Assembly (NCBI GenBank): GCA_034189385.1
Contig: JAXHVD010000001.1
Location: forward strand, 224,001 to 288,000
From: Thermodesulfobacteriota bacterium
GTDB taxonomy: Bacteria; Desulfobacterota; Desulfobacteria; Desulfobacterales; C00003060
Direction of reading: 5' to 3'
DNA: 64,000 nt
Part shown: positions 61,410 through 64,000 of the stretch, in pieces
Layout of the letters: each line of letters starts with the position of its first letter
Position numbering within the stretch: position 1 is the stretch's first letter
Notes under the pieces: generated by a model
Databases searched by the model: none
Told to the model about the DNA's origin: nothing
The model's input: the letters and a program-made list of their open reading frames with translations, nothing else
Made by a program: the position numbers and the translations under genes

Positions 61410-62327
61410 ATGAAAAACAGGTGTCTGTTTGGAGTACTATTTGTCGTTGTGTTCTTTTTTTCTGGGTGCCAAGGCAAGGAAGGCGGTGTCTCGGGCAAGG
61501 GAGACACACCCATCAGGATCGGCTACATGATTTGCAACAGTTTACAAGAGAGCATGGCAAGGTTTGAGCCAATAACGGCCTACCTGAGTGAGAAGGTGGG
61601 GCGGCGGTTTGAATCGACGTACGTCAATACTTATGAGTTTGAAGACTTGGTTCGGAAGAAGGAGGTGGATGTTACTCACACCAACTCCATCCTTCCGATC
61701 ATTTTCAAAAAGGAGTATGGACTTGAAATGTTGGCTACCGAGGTGCGAGGAAGGCACGGTCACAAAGACACGGGGGCCATCATTGCATTGAAGAAAAGCG
61801 GCATAAAGACTTTTGACGATATGCGCGGAAAGACCATGGTGTTCGGTCCTGCCCTGGCCCCCTTCGGCTATATGGCACAATATGCTCTGATGCTGGAGAA
61901 CGGATTTGATCCAGAGGAAGACCTCACGTATTACGCCATCCCTTGGGGCTCCTTTAAACATGAAAAGATCATTTATGGCGTGCTCTTTGGGGCCTACGAT
62001 TTGGGAACGGCCCCCCGTTTGGACTTGGACCACATGGCCCAAGAAGGGAAGATCAATTTGGACGATTTTAACATCATCGCCGAAACGATACCCATGCCCT
62101 ATTGAACAGTGGGCGTGATGCCCCACGTGGATCGTGGGCTGGCCAAAAAGATTAAGGAAGTTCTCATCAATCTGAAAAAGGACGAGACCGTTTTGGTGGA
62201 TGGCGAGGTGCGAAGAGTTGCTGAGAGTGCCTGGATAGAGGGATTTGTGGAGGCAATTGACAGCGAATACGACAGCATTCGAGAGCGGCTCAAGCGGTGC
62301 AACATGGCTCCTTATAGGCAGTATTGA
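61410..62327 (+). CDS. PhnD-like ABC substrate-binding lipoprotein; putative selenoprotein (TGA 62103-62105 = U232)
   Basis: Lipobox FSGC, PhnD-like motifs; ORFs 61380-62105 and 62109-62327 are in the same frame, separated only by PMPY-TGA-T; hairpin follows. Confidence 0.8.
62106..62139 (+). promoter_or_regulatory. Putative bacterial SECIS element
   Basis: CCCACG-TGGAT-CGTGGG stem-loop; G-containing loop starts 22 nt after the TGA. Confidence 0.65.
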
Positions 62328-62517
62328 TTCAGCCTAAGACCTAGCCTTTTGAAAAGACCCCAATGGCTCAATATCCTTTGCAAAACAGGGTTCTTGAAAG
62401 GGCTAACGTTTTACGATTCAGCCACTAACGGGTTTTGTACCATATGACAAACATGAGTTTGCACGGCGACCGTTGGCTGGTGGAGTGTCGGAACATATGT
62501 CAAATGGAGGTTCCAAA

Positions 62518-63510
62518 TTGAGGAATGACTTACTTCGTCTCGTTTTCATCAGAGCTGTTTTGCTTTCTTTTTTGGTGATGATTCTCTCCCTTTCCCTGAC
62601 AAGTGTCGCTTTAGGAAAGCCGCTGGTTATAGAAAAGGGTATTATCAAGTCCGATACGACCTGGCAGAACGAAGTGATCATCCGGGGGGACGTGGAGATA
62701 GCTGAGGGTGCCACATTGGTCATCATGCCGGGAACTGTCGTCAAGTTTGCAAAGATACAAGAGAATGGTCCCGCGAATCTTGAGATGGACAAGGCAAAAA
62801 ACTTCACTCGCGCTGAACTGATTATCAATGGAAGGATACTGGCCCAAGGCACGAAAGACAAAGTCGTCGTCTTCACTTCTGCGGAGAAATCTCCTAGCCT
62901 TGCTGATTGGGGGGCCATTAACATGTTGGAGAGCGACAATAACATCTTTGAGTATTGTGACATCAGCTACGGCCATACTGCAGTGCACGGACACGGTGCC
63001 CAGTTCACGGTCGCCAATTGTTATCTCCATGACAACGGCGTGGCGATCGGTTTCAAGAATGTGGATCAATGCAAACCCCAATGCGTCACCGTTCTCTATA
63101 ACCATATTACTCGAAATGGGGGGGGCGTATTGTGCAGCAGGGACTCGAGAGCTGTGGTGAGTCACAACCAAATTGATCACAACAAGTTCTTTGGCATATA
63201 TGGGAAAATGGGATCCCACCTGAGTATCAGGTATAATCACGCCGTTCATAATGGGAAAGGGGTTATTGTCTATGCCATGAAGGGCCTACAGCTTCGAGAA
63301 AACAACATTTCTGACAATGATGAGTATAACATCTCCCTGATGGAGGGTCAGATATGGAATGTAGATGCCCGCCATAATTGGTGGGGCACACCGGACACTA
63401 AGATCATCACAGCGTTGATCTGGGACAAGGATGAGGAGGTGACGCTGGGCACAGTGGACTTTTCTGGCTTTGCAGATTCGCCGATTGATGGCGCGGGACT
63501 TCCACGGTGA
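62518..63510 (+). CDS. Exported right-handed parallel beta-helix (NosD-like) protein
   Basis: RBS GGAGG before TTG, hydrophobic N-terminus, GTVVKF, WGAI, N-rich repeats, DARHNWWG. Confidence 0.82.
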   Translation: MRNDLLRLVFIRAVLLSFLVMILSLSLTSVALGKPLVIEKGIIKSDTTWQNEVIIRGDVEIAEGATLVIMPGTVVKFAKIQENGPANLEMDKAKNFTRAELIINGRILAQGTKDKVVVFTSAEKSPSLADWGAINMLESDNNIFEYCDISYGHTAVHGHGAQFTVANCYLHDNGVAIGFKNVDQCKPQCVTVLYNHITRNGGGVLCSRDSRAVVSHNQIDHNKFFGIYGKMGSHLSIRYNHAVHNGKGVIVYAMKGLQLRENNISDNDEYNISLMEGQIWNVDARHNWWGTPDTKIITALIWDKDEEVTLGTVDFSGFADSPIDGAGLPR

Positions 63511-63517
63511 TTAGATA

Positions 63518-64000
63518 GTGGACTGGTTAGACAGACTGAGCATAGCGGCCATAGCGGCCATAGCGGTGATCACCATAGGCATGTTGGCAAATCAGGCGCT
63601 CATGCAAAGAGGGGAAGAGAATCCTGGTGAGGAAGCCAAGGGAGGGAAGAGCTCCTACGCCTTGCAGATGGAGGAAGACAACAAGCTTTTCAAAGAAGTG
63701 CGTGCTTTTCAGGAACAAGGGCACTATCAGGAAGCCATGGCACAAGCTAAAGATATTATGAAAAGCTATCCAAAGAAATCTATGCCCTATGTTTATCTGG
63801 CACGGCTGCATTTCAAACAGGGAGAACTGAGAGAGACGATCATTAACTATCGACTGGCAGTGGAGATGGAGCCGGACTATGTGGATGAAAGAACACCACT
63901 TTTCATTGGAGAGGAGATCAAACAGATTGTCGAAGAAGGTAGAGAGAAATTTGGACGGGAAAAGGTGCTGAAGCCTGAAGACAGTCAGGTTAGGAACGCC
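63518..64000 (+). CDS. Membrane-anchored TPR protein, runs off the window (not in ORF track)
   Basis: Open frame from GTG 63518: MDWLDRLSIAAIAAIAVITIG..YVYLARLHFKQG..YRLAVEMEPDYVDERTPLFIG. Confidence 0.8.
   Translation, partial: MDWLDRLSIAAIAAIAVITIGMLANQALMQRGEENPGEEAKGGKSSYALQMEEDNKLFKEVRAFQEQGHYQEAMAQAKDIMKSYPKKSMPYVYLARLHFKQGELRETIINYRLAVEMEPDYVDERTPLFIGEEIKQIVEEGREKFGREKVLKPEDSQVRNA

Noticed and set aside
63540..63568. CATAGCGGC x3 tandem repeat
   Set aside because: In-frame 9-mer encoding IAA repeats in the membrane anchor; cannot shift the frame

Overview
Chromosomal window of about 50% GC. Gene content suggests an anaerobic Desulfobacterota/deltaproteobacterium (inference). 1-31 kb is mixed housekeeping and accessory DNA: mutS2, TatD, a TMTC-like TPR protein, a metal-handling block (ZraP-like, DUF1007, RcnA/HoxN-like, Fur, NifX-like, FeoC-like), nth, a ThiI-like protein, coaE, sodB, an AAA ATPase, two outer-membrane beta-barrels, a PIN protein, slyD, a J-domain protein, ald and several unannotated small Cys/His-rich ORFs. 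33.5-59.2 kb is a Wzy-type surface polysaccharide cluster with FkbH/ACP, methyltransferases, many glycosyltransferases, a DegT aminotransferase carrying a repeat-derived in-frame insertion, and Wza/Wzc. From 59.9 kb an envelope-protein operon runs off the window; its PhnD-like lipoprotein has an in-frame TGA followed by a SECIS-like hairpin (putative selenoprotein). The best novelty candidates are that Sec-containing operon, a ~243-nt multi-helix non-coding RNA candidate (21531-21773, minus) just downstream of an orphan PIN gene, and a second small TGA+hairpin ORF (29006-29206). Three families of REP/MITE-like repeats are scattered in intergenic DNA. I saw no rRNA, tRNA, CRISPR array or intact transposase. 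All family assignments come from motif recognition by eye, not database searches.
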